A stretch of 64,000 nt of DNA from Candidatus Moraniibacteriota bacterium (GTDB lineage Bacteria; Patescibacteriota; Minisyncoccia; Moranbacterales; UBA1568). Both the position numbers and the translations under genes were made by a program. Below the pieces are notes generated by a model. It worked only from the letters and a program-made list of their open reading frames with translations, was not told the DNA's origin and searched no databases. Below, piece by piece: positions 1 through 11,200 of this stretch (its first letter is position 1; each line of letters opens with the position of its first letter). The stretch spans positions 18,529 through 82,528 of the forward strand of contig JAYRRF010000024.1 in NCBI GenBank assembly GCA_041910335.1, in the 5' to 3' direction.

Positions 1-2
1 CT

Positions 3-866
3 CGCTACGAGCAGAGGGAGACGCGTCAGGCTAATCGTGAACAAAGAATGGAGGACAGGCAGCAGAATCGTGAGGCGCGAATGGAGAACCGTCAGGAGGA
101 ACGAGAAGCTAAACATGAAGAAAATCAAGCCAATCGTCAGGAAAAGTTTTGCGAACGTTTTACAGAAAATGCCAGTAACATTAGTAGCCGTCTTGAAGAG
201 CGAAAAGGTAAGTTTGCAGAACGCAAAGAAAACCGCATGACTCGCTCTGAGGATAATCGTACCAAGCGTGATGAGAACCTTGCCACTAAGCGTGCAGAGG
301 CGAAGACTCGTCGTGAAGCTATGTACGCTCGTTTGCTTGAAAAGGCGGACACAGACACAGAAAAGGCAGCAGTAGAAAAATTCAAGACTACAACTGAAGC
401 AGCAGTACTTGCTCGTCAAACCGCTGTTGATAAGGCTATCGCTGATTTTCGATCCAGTGTAGACTCTCTTATTGCAAGCCGAAAAGACAGCATGACCAAT
501 ACGGGAGATACCTTTAAGGCAGCGGTGGATGCTGCTATCAGTCAGGCCAAAAGCGACTGCGCTGCTGGCAAAGATGTAAAGACAGTGCGCTCTAACTTCA
601 TGAGTGCTATGGCTACTGCCCGTGAAGGAGTACAAGCCAAACGTCAGTCAACTGACAAAATTGGTGATGACATCAAGGCACTTGCAGCGACACGAAATGC
701 TGCTCTCAAGGCTGCCAAAGAAACCTTTCACACTGCTATGGTAGCTGCCCGTAAAGAGCTCAAAGCCGCTTTCGGAGAATCAACAACAGATGGTACCGCA
801 GGAGCAGAGATGCCCGAACCAGCACCAGCTTCAGGGGTGACGACCCAGCCGAGCGCTGGCGAATAG
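3..866 (+). CDS. Charged low-complexity coiled-coil-like protein (repetitive N/R/Q/E/K), 5'-truncated at window edge
   Basis: The frame of ORF 48..866 stays open back to nt 3 (RYEQRETRQANREQR...). Composition is K/E/A/R-rich and repetitive. A stem-loop terminator follows. Confidence 0.5.
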   Translation, partial: RYEQRETRQANREQRMEDRQQNREARMENRQEEREAKHEENQANRQEKFCERFTENASNISSRLEERKGKFAERKENRMTRSEDNRTKRDENLATKRAEAKTRREAMYARLLEKADTDTEKAAVEKFKTTTEAAVLARQTAVDKAIADFRSSVDSLIASRKDSMTNTGDTFKAAVDAAISQAKSDCAAGKDVKTVRSNFMSAMATAREGVQAKRQSTDKIGDDIKALAATRNAALKAAKETFHTAMVAARKELKAAFGESTTDGTAGAEMPEPAPASGVTTQPSAGE

Positions 867-882
867 TGATATTTCTTCTCAA

Positions 883-924
883 AGAGCCCTTTCTCAGTGC
901 GTGAAAAAGGGCTCTTCATTTTTC
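883..924 (+). terminator. Rho-independent terminator
   Basis: AGAGCCCTTT (883-892) pairs with AAAGGGCTCT (906-915) and is followed by TCATTTTTC. Confidence 0.7.
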
Positions 925-927
925 ATA

Positions 928-956
928 TTGAATGACGTGTTGTTTTGTGCTAGAGT
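928..956 (+). promoter_or_regulatory. sigma70-like promoter of uvrA paralog 1 (TTGAAT-17-TAGAGT); the transcript would be near-leaderless
   Basis: TTGAAT at 928-933, a 17-nt spacer, TAGAGT at 951-956. The ATG is at 965, 9 nt after the -10 box, and no SD sequence is visible. Confidence 0.5.
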
Positions 957-964
957 GAACCACT

Positions 965-3553
965 ATGAGCAAGTCAACCAAAAGAGTCAACAAAGATCAG
1001 AACATCAATCCAAGCGAAGAGATTGTGGTTTGTGGTGCCCGGACGCATAACCTCAAAAACATCACTGTTGCTATGCCTCGCAACAAGATGGTGGTGTTCA
1101 CGGGTCTATCTGGTTCTGGTAAGTCATCACTTGCTTTTGATACTATTTTTGCGGAGGGGCAGCGTCGTTACGTCGAGTCTCTCTCAGCTTATGCGAGGCA
1201 GTTTTTGAATACGATGCAGAAGCCTGAGGTGGATGAGATACGCGGCCTCTCTCCAGCGATCTCCATTGACCAAAAGTCAGCGAGTCGCAATCCTCGCTCG
1301 ACAGTGGCGACGGTGACAGAAATTTATGACTACCTACGTGTACTTTTTGCTCGTGTCGGAAAACCACATTGTCTTGAATGTGGTCGAGAGATTGAGAAGC
1401 TCTCAACGGAGGAGATGCTTAACATTGTCCGTGAGAAGATTGCTAAGGCACAAAAGAAGAAAGGGAACGATAAGGTAGGTCTCATTATCACTGCTCCAGT
1501 AGTACGTGGACGCAAGGGAGAATATTATCAGTTACTCTACAATGCTCTTGGAAAAGGATTCAGTGAAATATTTCTTGACGGAGTTCGTAAGAGTTTACGT
1601 GAGCAGGTGTTGTTGTCTAAGAACAAAAAGCATGATATCGACTTTATTGTTGATGAGTTGCCACTCATTGAATTTGAGAAGTTTCCCGAGACATCGGGAG
1701 AGCGTCTTTCTGAGGCAGTGGAGCGAGCATTGGAAGAGAGCGAGGGTTTGGTGCGTATTCATCTTGGCAAAGAAGTGTTCCTTCTTTCTTCAAAGTTTTC
1801 TTGTCCATATGATGGCTTCTCCTATCCAGAAGTAGAGCCTCGACTCTTTTCCTTCAACTCTCCGTACGGAGCTTGTCCTGACTGTAATGGTCTTGGGACC
1901 AAGCATTTCTTTGGTAATGAAGCATGTGACACATGTCACGGATCACGTCTTCGTGAAGAAGCACTTCATATCAAAGTAGGGGGCAAGAACATCGTTGAAC
2001 TGACCGCGATGATGATTGATGCTACGTATGAGTACTTTCAGACACTCGCTCTCTCAGAGAGAGATGTACAGATAGCTTCAGTAGTGCTTCGAGAAATAGA
2101 GAGTCGCTTGAAGTTTTTGTTAAATGTGGGACTTAACTACCTCACTCTTGATCGACGTGCCAATACGCTCTCAGGAGGGGAGGCACAGCGTATTCGTCTA
2201 GCAAGTCAGTTGGGCTCACAGTTAGTGGGGGCTCTTTATGTTCTCGATGAACCGACTATTGGTCTGCATCAGCGTGATAATGAACGCTTGATTGAGACGT
2301 TACAGGCACTTCGCAACCTCGGTAACACCATCATTATTGTTGAGCATGATGAAGATACTATTTATGCTTCCGACTACATTGTTGATATTGGTCCCGGTGC
2401 TGGTGTCCATGGTGGCCAGGTAGTTGTCTCTGGTTATCTTGATGAACTTCTTCTGGCGCCGAAGAATAAGTCAGGCTCTTTGACGCTTGGTTATCTCCGT
2501 AATGAAGAAAGTGTACCGGTACCAAAAGAACGTCGTACCAAGGAAAAGGGTGAATTGAAGATTCGTGGCGGCAAGCTCTTCAATATCAAAAACATGAATG
2601 TAGATGTGCCACTCGGACGCTTCAATGTTATCACGGGTGTCTCTGGTTCAGGGAAGTCGACTCTCATGTATGAGATTATTTATGAAAACTTGAAAAACCG
2701 CTTTGATCGACGCTACAAGTCCAATCGAGTGATGAATTGTACGTCATTCACTGGGACAGAGTACCTTTCTCGAGTAGTGATGATTGATCAGAGTCCTATC
2801 GGGCGGACGCCACGTTCCAATCCAGCGACATACACGGGTATGTGGACACATGTGAGAGATATGTTTGCTTCGACTGAAGAGGCTCGAGTGCGAGGTTGGA
2901 AAGCTGGTCGCTTTTCTTTCAACCGGCCAGGCGGTCGTTGTGAGACATGTGAGGGCAATGGTTTCATAGCAGTTGAGATGCACTTCTTGCCGACTGTGTA
3001 TGTCCCTTGTGATGTTTGTGATGGGAAGCGTTTCACCAAGGAGACGCTCGAAGTGCGCTATAAACATAAGAATATTTACGAAGTACTCGAGATGACCGTC
3101 GAGGAAGCTTTTTCATTTTTTGCCGACATTCCAGCTATTGCTGATCGTTTGAAGACATTGAATGAAGTGGGTCTTGGCTATCTCAAGCTTGGCCAGTCTG
3201 CCACCACTCTTTCTGGTGGTGAGGCTCAGCGAGTCAAAATTTCTTCGGAACTTTACCGTCAGCACGTGGAGCGAACCATTTACCTTCTCGATGAACCAAC
3301 TATCGGACTGCACTATGAGGACGTTAAGAAGTTGATTGAGATTCTCGATCGTCTTGTAGCTAAGGGGAATACACTCTTAGTCATTGAACACAATATGGAT
3401 TTGATCAAATCAGCCGACTATATCATCGATATTGGCCCTGAAGGAGGAGTTGGTGGAGGAGAAGTGGTGGCTACAGGTACTCCAGAAGAAGTAGCGCGGA
3501 AGACCTTTTCGCATACCGGTAAGTACCTCAAGAAAGTGCTTGCAAAGAAGTAG
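965..3553 (+). CDS. uvrA: Excinuclease ABC subunit A paralog (UvrA-like, 862 aa) lacking the insertion domain
   Basis: Tandem ABC ATPase modules: [48 protein letters not shown], a second Walker [11 protein letters not shown] and a second LSGGEAQR. Zn-finger cysteines are present. Only about 10 aa separate CPDCNGLG and CDTCHGSRL, where canonical UvrA has an insertion domain of about 110 aa. The second copy at 44621 has the full insertion domain. Confidence 0.9.
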   Translation: MSKSTKRVNKDQNINPSEEIVVCGARTHNLKNITVAMPRNKMVVFTGLSGSGKSSLAFDTIFAEGQRRYVESLSAYARQFLNTMQKPEVDEIRGLSPAISIDQKSASRNPRSTVATVTEIYDYLRVLFARVGKPHCLECGREIEKLSTEEMLNIVREKIAKAQKKKGNDKVGLIITAPVVRGRKGEYYQLLYNALGKGFSEIFLDGVRKSLREQVLLSKNKKHDIDFIVDELPLIEFEKFPETSGERLSEAVERALEESEGLVRIHLGKEVFLLSSKFSCPYDGFSYPEVEPRLFSFNSPYGACPDCNGLGTKHFFGNEACDTCHGSRLREEALHIKVGGKNIVELTAMMIDATYEYFQTLALSERDVQIASVVLREIESRLKFLLNVGLNYLTLDRRANTLSGGEAQRIRLASQLGSQLVGALYVLDEPTIGLHQRDNERLIETLQALRNLGNTIIIVEHDEDTIYASDYIVDIGPGAGVHGGQVVVSGYLDELLLAPKNKSGSLTLGYLRNEESVPVPKERRTKEKGELKIRGGKLFNIKNMNVDVPLGRFNVITGVSGSGKSTLMYEIIYENLKNRFDRRYKSNRVMNCTSFTGTEYLSRVVMIDQSPIGRTPRSNPATYTGMWTHVRDMFASTEEARVRGWKAGRFSFNRPGGRCETCEGNGFIAVEMHFLPTVYVPCDVCDGKRFTKETLEVRYKHKNIYEVLEMTVEEAFSFFADIPAIADRLKTLNEVGLGYLKLGQSATTLSGGEAQRVKISSELYRQHVERTIYLLDEPTIGLHYEDVKKLIEILDRLVAKGNTLLVIEHNMDLIKSADYIIDIGPEGGVGGGEVVATGTPEEVARKTFSHTGKYLKKVLAKK

Positions 3554-3573
3554 GTGATAAAATACGAAAAATG

Positions 3574-3600
3574 AGAGCTCCAAAAGGGAGCTCTTTGTCT
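3574..3600 (+). terminator. Rho-independent terminator
   Basis: AGAGCTCC-aaaag-GGAGCTCT hairpin followed by TTGTCTTCT. Confidence 0.6.
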
Positions 3601-3706
3601 TCTGGGTAGGAGACAAATAATAGGAGTAAACTCCTTGACAAACTCTATAGACAGTGTATGATTTGAAGGTTTTGGGGAAGGCCTCAGAACATTGGGAGGG
3701 TACTTT

Positions 3707-4132
3707 ATGAATACCAGGAAAGCTCAGTCGCAACAGCGACTGCTCATCGGCTTCAGCCTGCTCCTCATCATGATCTGTGCATCTTGCACGGCTTCCATGG
3801 TGAAAGCTGAGCCGGTGCGATCAGCAACTTTTTTGCCTTACTATGCCGCTGAGGTACACAATGCTTCGGGGCAGGCACGCGAGCTCGTTCTGCGTGTCAC
3901 CGATGGGCAAGAAGTTGTCCAGATGCATCTCGATGCCTATGAGGCCAAGCCGCTCTATGTCCACCGGACGAAGGTGCCTTGCTCATCAGCACTCGAAGTG
4001 TCGCTTGATGGGGGGCGTACCTATCAGCGACTTCGGGGCAATCTCTGTCTCAGGAATGAGGCAGGCGATCCCCAAGTGCTCTACATCGATGGAAGAGGCG
4101 GTATCATGCTTCTTCATGTAGACGTCGACTAA
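3707..4132 (+). CDS. Small secreted hypothetical protein (signal peptide) on a high-GC islet
   Basis: GGGAGG RBS lies 7 nt before the ATG at 3707. N-terminus is hydrophobic (LLIGFSLLLIMICASCTASMVKA). Local GC is clearly above the flanks. Confidence 0.55.
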   Translation: MNTRKAQSQQRLLIGFSLLLIMICASCTASMVKAEPVRSATFLPYYAAEVHNASGQARELVLRVTDGQEVVQMHLDAYEAKPLYVHRTKVPCSSALEVSLDGGRTYQRLRGNLCLRNEAGDPQVLYIDGRGGIMLLHVDVD

Positions 4133-4166
4133 GAACGACGCTACGACAATATAGTTGACTTACAGT

Positions 4167-4207
4167 CCCGGTGCTACCAACGTGTGGTGCCGGGATCAGT
4201 TTTTTTC
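4167..4207. terminator. Bidirectional terminator between convergent genes
   Basis: CCCGGTGC/GTGCCGGG stem with two G-U pairs and a 12-nt loop, followed by a T7 run. On the other strand it sits at the 3' end of the minus gene 4196..4708. Confidence 0.55.
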
Positions 4208-4708
4208 TTTGATGGATTTGATTTCTGTTAGGAGTTCGGCTAGCATGCTCTCAATTCTATCAATACGCTCAACTTCTTCAGCGTGTTCTTTAGCATCTTC
4301 TTGGTCATCCTCTTCGATTTCTTCGGAGAGCTCCTCGACATCATCAGCCAACTCTTCAACATCATCAGAAATTTCCTCCACGTCTTCATGGAGCTCATCA
4401 ATATCTTTAGAAATTTCCTCCATTTCCTCAGAAATATCTTCGACATCCTCACTCACCTCAGCAATGATCTCACCCTGTTTATTGACGGTCATTTGGATAA
4501 AGATAGAGAGGTAGATAGCTTCTAGAGAAACGACGGTGGTTAAGATGAGAAGGATATTTTCGAAGCTGAAGCCGATAAGATACAGAGCAAAAATACCCAC
4601 AAAGAAGACTGTGTGGAAAATAAGTGACGGGATAGAGCCAATAGTACGCGTCGCACCAAAAGCGAGCTTTTCCGCCGTAGGGGCCGATAGAGTGGATTTT
4701 TTACCCAT
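4196..4708 (-). CDS. DUF1003-like membrane protein with a C-terminal acidic repeat tail
   Basis: Two TM segments, with FENILLILTTVVSLEAIYLSIFIQMTVNKQ resembling the DUF1003 core. The tail carries 8 or more repeats of (D/E)VEEIS-like units. Confidence 0.6.
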   Translation of the reverse strand: MGKKSTLSAPTAEKLAFGATRTIGSIPSLIFHTVFFVGIFALYLIGFSFENILLILTTVVSLEAIYLSIFIQMTVNKQGEIIAEVSEDVEDISEEMEEISKDIDELHEDVEEISDDVEELADDVEELSEEIEEDDQEDAKEHAEEVERIDRIESMLAELLTEIKSIKEKN

Positions 4709-4756
4709 ATAGACCTATTGTACCTGAGTTTGAGACAGAGAACAAAGGGGTGTGGT

Positions 4757-5374
4757 ATGCTGTGGGATATCACTATGTTTGGTACCAAGAAGGCAAAACT
4801 CATAATCGACAAAGAGGTATGGCAACCGACTGGCAGTAAGGAGGATTTAGGTGTGACGTTTCGAAGAAGTAATCAGTCACGTCATATCAAGATATCTATC
4901 GGTGGGGATGGAGACATACTCGTCTCAGCTCCTTTACGGACAGCGAAGTCATTGCTTCGGAAAGTTCTCTTAGAGAAAGAAATCTGGATTATGAGAAGTC
5001 TCAGTCAGTTGCGCGCAACAGGTAAAGTAAGAAATAAAAAAGACGAAGAAGTATCATATCAACGACATAAAGAGCGAGCAAGGAAACTGGTAGAGCAAAA
5101 GCTTGTCTATTGGAACCAGTTCTATAAATATACATACGGTCGGGTCAGTATTCGTAATCAACGGACTCGGTGGGGGAGTTGCTCGCGTAAAGGTAATCTC
5201 AACTTCCACTACAAGATACTGTTTTTACCAGAAGAACTCGTCGATTATCTGATAGTTCATGAACTCTGTCATCTACGCGCTTTCGACCACAGTCAGCGTT
5301 TTTGGGGCTTAGTCTCAAAGACAATCCCTGACTACCAGAAGCGCCGCCGAGCCCTCAAGCAGAGTAGTCTCTGA
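4757..5374 (+). CDS. YgjP/DUF45-family metal-dependent hydrolase (SprT-like, HExxH)
   Basis: RWGSCSRKGNLNFHYKILFLPEELVDYLIVHELCHL motif. ATG at 4757 is preceded by AAAGGGG. Confidence 0.8.
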   Translation: MLWDITMFGTKKAKLIIDKEVWQPTGSKEDLGVTFRRSNQSRHIKISIGGDGDILVSAPLRTAKSLLRKVLLEKEIWIMRSLSQLRATGKVRNKKDEEVSYQRHKERARKLVEQKLVYWNQFYKYTYGRVSIRNQRTRWGSCSRKGNLNFHYKILFLPEELVDYLIVHELCHLRAFDHSQRFWGLVSKTIPDYQKRRRALKQSSL

Positions 5375-5414
5375 AAAGTGGTATAATGAATGTAGAATCA
5401 TTAACCATAATCCT

Positions 5415-5909
5415 ATGAGCGAAGAAGCACAGTCAGTAGAGGAAACCAAACATGAAGTCAAGAAGCGAAACCCTACAGCGCCATCGGGCGACATTGCGGA
5501 TTGGCGTAAGAGCAAGAAGGTGCGTCTTGGTATTATCATCGGACTAATTGTCTTGGTCGGTATCATCGCTATCTTTTTTACGAAGCTTCGTGTCTGGATG
5601 ATTGGCATCATGCTCGTACTTTTCGTTGGTTTGGGATTGGAGGTATCCAATACTGACTATGACCTGGGTAAGATGTGGGAGACCAAGTCCGTCTCTCAGT
5701 CTAAGGTACTACGTGACAAAGATGGTAATGTCGTGACCGATAGCACTCAAGGTAAGGCTACCGATGAGTATAATTGTGAAGATTTCGATACACAGCCACA
5801 AGCACAGCGCTTCTTTGATAAGGCTGGTGGATCTTCTAATGACACCAATCGCCTTGATGGTAATAAGGATGGTATTGCCTGCCAGAGTTTACCGGCTGGT
5901 GCAAAGTAA
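5415..5909 (+). CDS. Membrane-anchored Excalibur (extracellular Ca-binding) domain protein
   Basis: One TM helix, then C-terminal CEDFDTQPQAQRFFDKAGG...RLDGNKDGIACQSL, which matches the Excalibur signature. Confidence 0.7.
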   Translation: MSEEAQSVEETKHEVKKRNPTAPSGDIADWRKSKKVRLGIIIGLIVLVGIIAIFFTKLRVWMIGIMLVLFVGLGLEVSNTDYDLGKMWETKSVSQSKVLRDKDGNVVTDSTQGKATDEYNCEDFDTQPQAQRFFDKAGGSSNDTNRLDGNKDGIACQSLPAGAK

Positions 5910-5920
5910 GGGAAGCTTTC

Positions 5921-6544
5921 ATGGTCAAGAGATACGATGTTGTTATTATTCCAACACCGGAGGTCGCGCGAGCTGCTTGTGAGTTGAGCCAGCTCGTCGC
6001 TTCTCGATACGACACATGTTTTATTTTGAATGATGCTAATCAGGTACCACATCTGTCCCTGTATCACTTTGTTGCTCACGAAGAGAAGTTATCTGATATT
6101 ATAGAAGCTCTTAGTGAAAGATCTGCTTCTCAAGAAGCTTTTATGTTACAAGCAGTTGGCTATGATAGAGATAACATGCCATGGTTGCAGGCCCTCTACG
6201 AGAGAAGTGACCATCTTTCTAACCTTCATGAGAGCGTCTTAGAAGCAGTAGCTCCATTTCACGAAAAAAGAAAAAACTACAACCAGACAGAAGAATGGTC
6301 TACTGAGTCCCTCGTTCGCAAGGAAAATCTTGAGCGTTATGGTTGGTCGGAGGCAGGATCTCTCTATAAGCCACACATTACCCTTACTCGTTTTGATGAG
6401 GCTATCGATCAAGATAATATACCACCTTTCCCAGCGTCAATGACTTCTTTTATGGCGACGAAGCTTGGCTTGTATGAGCTTGGTGATTATGGTACATGTC
6501 ATAATTTGCTTGCTCAATTCAACCTCAACACACCTATCGTATGA
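5921..6544 (+). CDS. 2H phosphoesterase superfamily protein (LigT/2'-5' RNA ligase-like)
   Basis: Two H-x-[TS]-x motifs: HLSLYH and HITLTR. Confidence 0.65.
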   Translation: MVKRYDVVIIPTPEVARAACELSQLVASRYDTCFILNDANQVPHLSLYHFVAHEEKLSDIIEALSERSASQEAFMLQAVGYDRDNMPWLQALYERSDHLSNLHESVLEAVAPFHEKRKNYNQTEEWSTESLVRKENLERYGWSEAGSLYKPHITLTRFDEAIDQDNIPPFPASMTSFMATKLGLYELGDYGTCHNLLAQFNLNTPIV

Positions 6545-6978
6545 AAATACATGAACTCGGACACGTCGTCCTGTTTGTCACCAATCTGACCAAAATGGCT
6601 GACTTTTATCGAGACACTCTTGGCTTTCATGAAATTGCTCGTGATAGTCAGACGGCACTCTTCGGAGCTGGGCGTACTCACCATGAGATGCTTTTGATTG
6701 AGATAGGAGGACACGTAGAGCCTCGTGCTCATGCCAAGCCAGGCTTGTACCATATCGGCTTCAAGATAGGGGAGACGACGGATGATATCCGAAATGCTTT
6801 GGAGGAGCTCCAGTCAAAGGGAGTGACTATTGTTGGCACCGCTGATCATCATGTGACTCATAGTCTCTATATTCTCGATCCAGAAGGTAATGAGCTTGAG
6901 CTCTATGCCGATGTCTCTGATGAGTGGAAGACTGACCCGAAGGCAGTTCTACGACCAACCAGGCATCTCTACTTGTAA
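6541..6978 (+). CDS. VOC-family (glyoxalase/bleomycin-resistance/dioxygenase fold) protein
   Basis: HVVLFVTNLTKMADFYRDTLGF ... HIGFKI ... ILDPEGNELEL pattern. Confidence 0.75.
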   Translation: MKIHELGHVVLFVTNLTKMADFYRDTLGFHEIARDSQTALFGAGRTHHEMLLIEIGGHVEPRAHAKPGLYHIGFKIGETTDDIRNALEELQSKGVTIVGTADHHVTHSLYILDPEGNELELYADVSDEWKTDPKAVLRPTRHLYL

Positions 6979-7024
6979 GCAAAAGAAGAGTATACTAAAG
7001 ATGTAATTCATAACACTCAAAACT

Positions 7025-7393
7025 ATGAAAGGTTATGTTGGTAACATCGAAAAAAAGACAGAAGAAAACGAGAACTATCGAGAAGTGGTTTTCACTGGTC
7101 AGCACATGCAGCTCGTCGTTATGACTCTTCAGGTAGGCGAAGAGATTGGTCTTGAAGTGCATGATACACATGACCAGTTTTTTCGAGTAGAGGTTGGCCA
7201 AGCCAAGATAGTGATGAATGGAGAAGAGAGTATCATCGGTGCCGGTAGTGCTGCTATCGTGACCGCTGGCACAGAGCACAACGTGGTCAATACCGGAACT
7301 GAACCACTCAAGCTCTACACCATCTACGCTCCTCCACAGCATCCAGATGGTACTATCCATAAGACCAAAGCTGATGAACCAGAACATCACTAA
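7025..7393 (+). CDS. Cupin-domain protein
   Basis: Cupin beta-barrel motifs G(X)5HxH-like: LEVHDTHDQFFRVEVGQAKIVMNGEE ... GTEHNVVNTG. Confidence 0.65.
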   Translation: MKGYVGNIEKKTEENENYREVVFTGQHMQLVVMTLQVGEEIGLEVHDTHDQFFRVEVGQAKIVMNGEESIIGAGSAAIVTAGTEHNVVNTGTEPLKLYTIYAPPQHPDGTIHKTKADEPEHH

Positions 7394-7557
7394 AAACATT
7401 GAAGCCAACGTCAATGAGAAGAATGTGACGGGAATTTTAGGATTTCTCTTTGGCAAGAAAGTGACGAAGGATAAGAGATTACTTTTTCTTTTGCCATTTA
7501 TCATCGCTTTTATTCAAAGAATCCTTACCAAAAAAACAACAGGTAAGTAATAAACTT

Positions 7558-7977
7558 ATGGTCAAGCAAATATTCATCAATCTAGCCGTCAAGAACCTCG
7601 AGCGATCGGTAGAGTTTTTTGCGGCGCTTGGGTTCAGTTTCAATCCAGATTTTACCGATGAGAAAGCTACTTGCATGATCATGGGAGAGAATATCTTCGC
7701 GATGCTTCTCACAGAAGAGTTCTTTGATACTTTCATCCCGACGACTGAGAGGGTAGATTCCTTGCGTATGACTGAGGTACTTACTGCTATCACTCTCGAG
7801 AGCCGTGAGGCAGTCGATAAAATGGTTGATGTAGCGCTGTCCTTGGGCGCGACTGAGCCACGGCCACCACAAGACTATGGGTGGATGTACTCTCGCTCCT
7901 TTCAGGACTTAGACGGTCATATCTGGGAGCCATTCTACGGGGACGAAGAAGTGAGACAACAACAAGGCGACGAATAA
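7558..7977 (+). CDS. VOC/glyoxalase-family protein
   Basis: FINLAVKNLERSVEFFAALGF ... DLDGHIWEP pattern. Confidence 0.7.
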   Translation: MVKQIFINLAVKNLERSVEFFAALGFSFNPDFTDEKATCMIMGENIFAMLLTEEFFDTFIPTTERVDSLRMTEVLTAITLESREAVDKMVDVALSLGATEPRPPQDYGWMYSRSFQDLDGHIWEPFYGDEEVRQQQGDE

Positions 7978-7980
7978 CCA

Positions 7981-8004
7981 AAAACCGAGGGAAACCTCGG
8001 TTTT
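7981..8004. terminator. Bidirectional intrinsic terminator
   Basis: AAAACCGAGG-gaaa-CCTCGGTTTT, with A/T runs on both sides between convergent genes. Confidence 0.75.
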
Positions 8005-8025
8005 GAATAGGCTTTGCTAGAAGAG

Positions 8026-8238
8026 TTATTTCTTCAAGATTTTTGCCATTAGGATAGCGCCAGGGCAGTAACCAGTTAGCGCAAAGATGCATAACATACC
8101 ACCCACAAAGATATCACCCCAGAGGAACCGAACATCGAGAGTGAGAGTGAGAATAGCAAAAGCTATCACGAGCAATCCGCCGACAAGGTACATAGCACGC
8201 TCTACTGACCAAGTATCAGTATTCATTTTGTAAATCAT
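8026..8238 (-). CDS. DUF2892 (YgaP-like, rhodanese-associated) small membrane protein
   Basis: 70 aa, two TM segments, C-terminal GYCPG motif typical of DUF2892. Confidence 0.6.
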   Translation of the reverse strand: MIYKMNTDTWSVERAMYLVGGLLVIAFAILTLTLDVRFLWGDIFVGGMLCIFALTGYCPGAILMAKILKK

Positions 8239-8254
8239 ACGTCTTTTTTATGAG

Positions 8255-11200
8255 TTATTTTTTATTATCCCACTTCTTTCTCTCAAAAACAAAATAAACA
8301 AGAGGAAAGACAATGAGCGTGAGAAGTGTAGAAGCGGTGAGTCCAAGGATGATAGACCAGGCCAATCCCTCCCAGACAGGGTCACTAACGATAGTGAGTG
8401 ATCCAAGAATGGCCGCGAGTGATGTCAGAACTATAGGGAGAAGACGAATACGTCCAGCTTCTACCAAAGCCTGAACGAGAGGCAAGCCTTTTTGTTTGAG
8501 AGGTTCGAGATACTCCAGATAGATGACCGCGTTCTTGACAGCGAGTCCTGCAAGAGCGATGACACCAATCATAGAAGTGGCATTGAAGTAAGTACCTTTC
8601 AATGCATAGAGAATTGCAAAGCCAGGAAGAACACCGATGAGTGAGAGGGGAATGCTGACCATGATAAGGAGTGGTGTGAAGAGGGACTTTGCTTTAGCAG
8701 CCAATACGAAGTAGATGAGGAATATAGCAAAACCCATAGCAATACCAAGGTCACGAAAAACCTCGAGCGTGAGCTTCCATTCGCCGTCTATTTCGATAGA
8801 GTAGGGTTCACCCGTAGCAGGTACTTGATAGTTAGTACCAAAGAGTGACCAATGATGAAGCTCTGCTTCTCCATTTGGAAAATGATAATTGAGCAAAAGA
8901 GGAAAGAGATCAAGTACAGCATAGATTATGCTACGATTCTCCATTTCCCCAGAAACATAGACAGTCTCTTCACGACCATCGGTAAGGATGGTAGTAGAGG
9001 CGGGGGAGTTATCTTTCGTAAGAATCTCACTAAGAGGTACTTTCGTTCCATCTTGAGCAGAGAGCAGAATCAGAGAAAGGTCGCTTTCTTCGTTGCGAGA
9101 GTTTTGGTCGTATCGAACGATGATGAACTCTTGTTCTTCTTTGGTGATTCCTTCGTGAAGAGTTTGATGATAGAGACCGGCTGATGTACCCGAGAGAGCT
9201 GTTTTGAGAGCGCTGACAGCGTCATGAGGAGTAATTCCAAGGAGTTGAGCCTTTTCTCTGTCTAAATGATATAGGTAATCATAGCCTCGTTCAGGCACAG
9301 AAGTCTTGAGATCGACTATACCGGGAATACTTTGAGATTTGATAGCAAGATCCTGAGCAATTGCTTCAAGAGTTTTGGTATCGGACCCTTTTATCTTGAG
9401 CAGATAGGTAGATTTGACAGGTGGTCCTGGCGGATCTTCCATGAGACGAACATGAGCATCAGGAAAGAGAGTTTGGTACTCTGGCAGAGCATGACGTGTC
9501 TCAGTGGCTATTGCCTCCGAGGTTATAGAACGTTCTTCATGTGGAGTTAGGCGAACCTTGAGAGTAGCTTGCTCAGTACCTTGACGCATGCTGCTACCTT
9601 TGAAGAGGCCGTTGAAGTCAATGATTTGAGAAGTACCAATGAAACTCTCGACACCAGATACCTCAGGCTGTTTCAGTAGCAAATCCTCGAGGCCCTGAGT
9701 AGCAAGAGTTGTTTTGGAAAGAGCGGTACCCTTAGGGAGGTCAAGATAGATATAGAACTGATCCTTATTCGCCTTCGGTAGCATACGAAATGGTACCAAT
9801 GGAGTGAGGGGAAGGATGAGAGAAATAAGTAACACAAAACCAATACCAAGGAGAAATCGTCGACGTTGTCGGTGTACAGCTAGAAGATTGCTGAGGAACT
9901 GTGCATAGCGAGTCTCTATCTTTTGCATGAGACGATAAAAGAAGCCTTGCTCATAGTCGTGATGATTCTGGTTGTCTCCCTTTGCAAGAAAGAGGTGAGC
10001 AAGGTAAGGATTGATTGTTACCGATAGTAAGAGTGACACCAGGAGAGCGGCTGGCACAAAGAAGGGGATCGGTCCCATGTAAGGCCCCATCATACCCGTT
10101 ACGAAAGCCATTGGCAGGAACGCGAGAGCCATAGTGAGAGTGGAGAGAGAAAGTGCGCCACCTACTTCGTTGACCGCTTGGACGATGAGGTGAATTTTAT
10201 TTGGCTCATTTGGATGAAGGCGAAAGTATCGGGCAATGTTTTCTACCACAACGATAGCATCATCTACGAGCAGCCCAAGAGAGAGGATGAGTGCGAAGAG
10301 AGTAATACGATTGACGGTCTGATCAGCCATAAGTCCAAGTCCAAAGACTGCCAAGAGTACAAGTGGGATAGAGATAGAGGCGACAAGAGAGTTGCGGAAA
10401 CCGAGAAAAATATACAACAGTATCCCGACAATGAGGATGGATTTGATAAGGTCAAAAGTCAGCTTGAAGATTTCAGCTCGAGCCGTCTCACCTTCATTAT
10501 TAAGGACATCTAAGTAAGTATTTTGTGGAAGGGTAGATGTGCGAATTTCTTCGAGCTGTTGCTCTACCGCGTCAGTGACAGTAGTGGAGTTAATGCCAGC
10601 GTGTTTTGCGAGGGCGATATGTACAATTTCTTCGCGAGGAGTATCCTTTTCGTGCAACCATACAGAATGAGTAATTTCACCAGGGCCGGCCGTAATCGTA
10701 GCGATATCACCGAGACGAGTAAGGCTTTGTCCTTGGCTTCGGACAATAAGACGAGATAGATCATCAGGATTGGTAATGTTTCCTTCTACAGAGACAAGAG
10801 GGTTGCGGTCTTCCCCGCTGAGGCTGTCGAAAGTATAGATAGTATTGGTGCTCTGAATAGCACGGAGTACTTCGTCAAGGCTGATACCAGTCGCTTTGAG
10901 TTTCTCTCCATTGAGACTGACCTGTAGGTGATTGACAGTGCCACCCTTGATTTCATATGTAGATACACCGGAGACACGTTTGAGTTTCTCAGCTATATCT
11001 TGAGCGAGTTTACGTAGGGAGCTTTGCGAAAGTTCACTAGAACGAACGCCAATATCTATAACAGGTACGTCATCAGGATTGACGGATTGTATCAGCGGAG
11101 TAAGAGCACCCGCTGGTTTGAGATAGCTCTTATCGAGTATTTTTTGGTTGAGTGAAATCTTAGCATCTTCTTGATTCGATCCGACCAAGAACTGTACAGT

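Noticed and set aside
4240-4452. Regular approximately 24-nt periodic repeats (possible CRISPR-like array) in 4240-4450
   Set aside because: The periodicity is the coding repeat (D/E)VEEIS in the acidic tail of the DUF1003 protein on the minus strand. The units are in-frame and imperfect, and there are no spacers or cas genes.
6995-7504. ORF 6995..7504 (-), 169 aa
   Set aside because: It lies entirely antisense to the cupin gene 7025..7393, which has a recognisable fold signature, and has no RBS.
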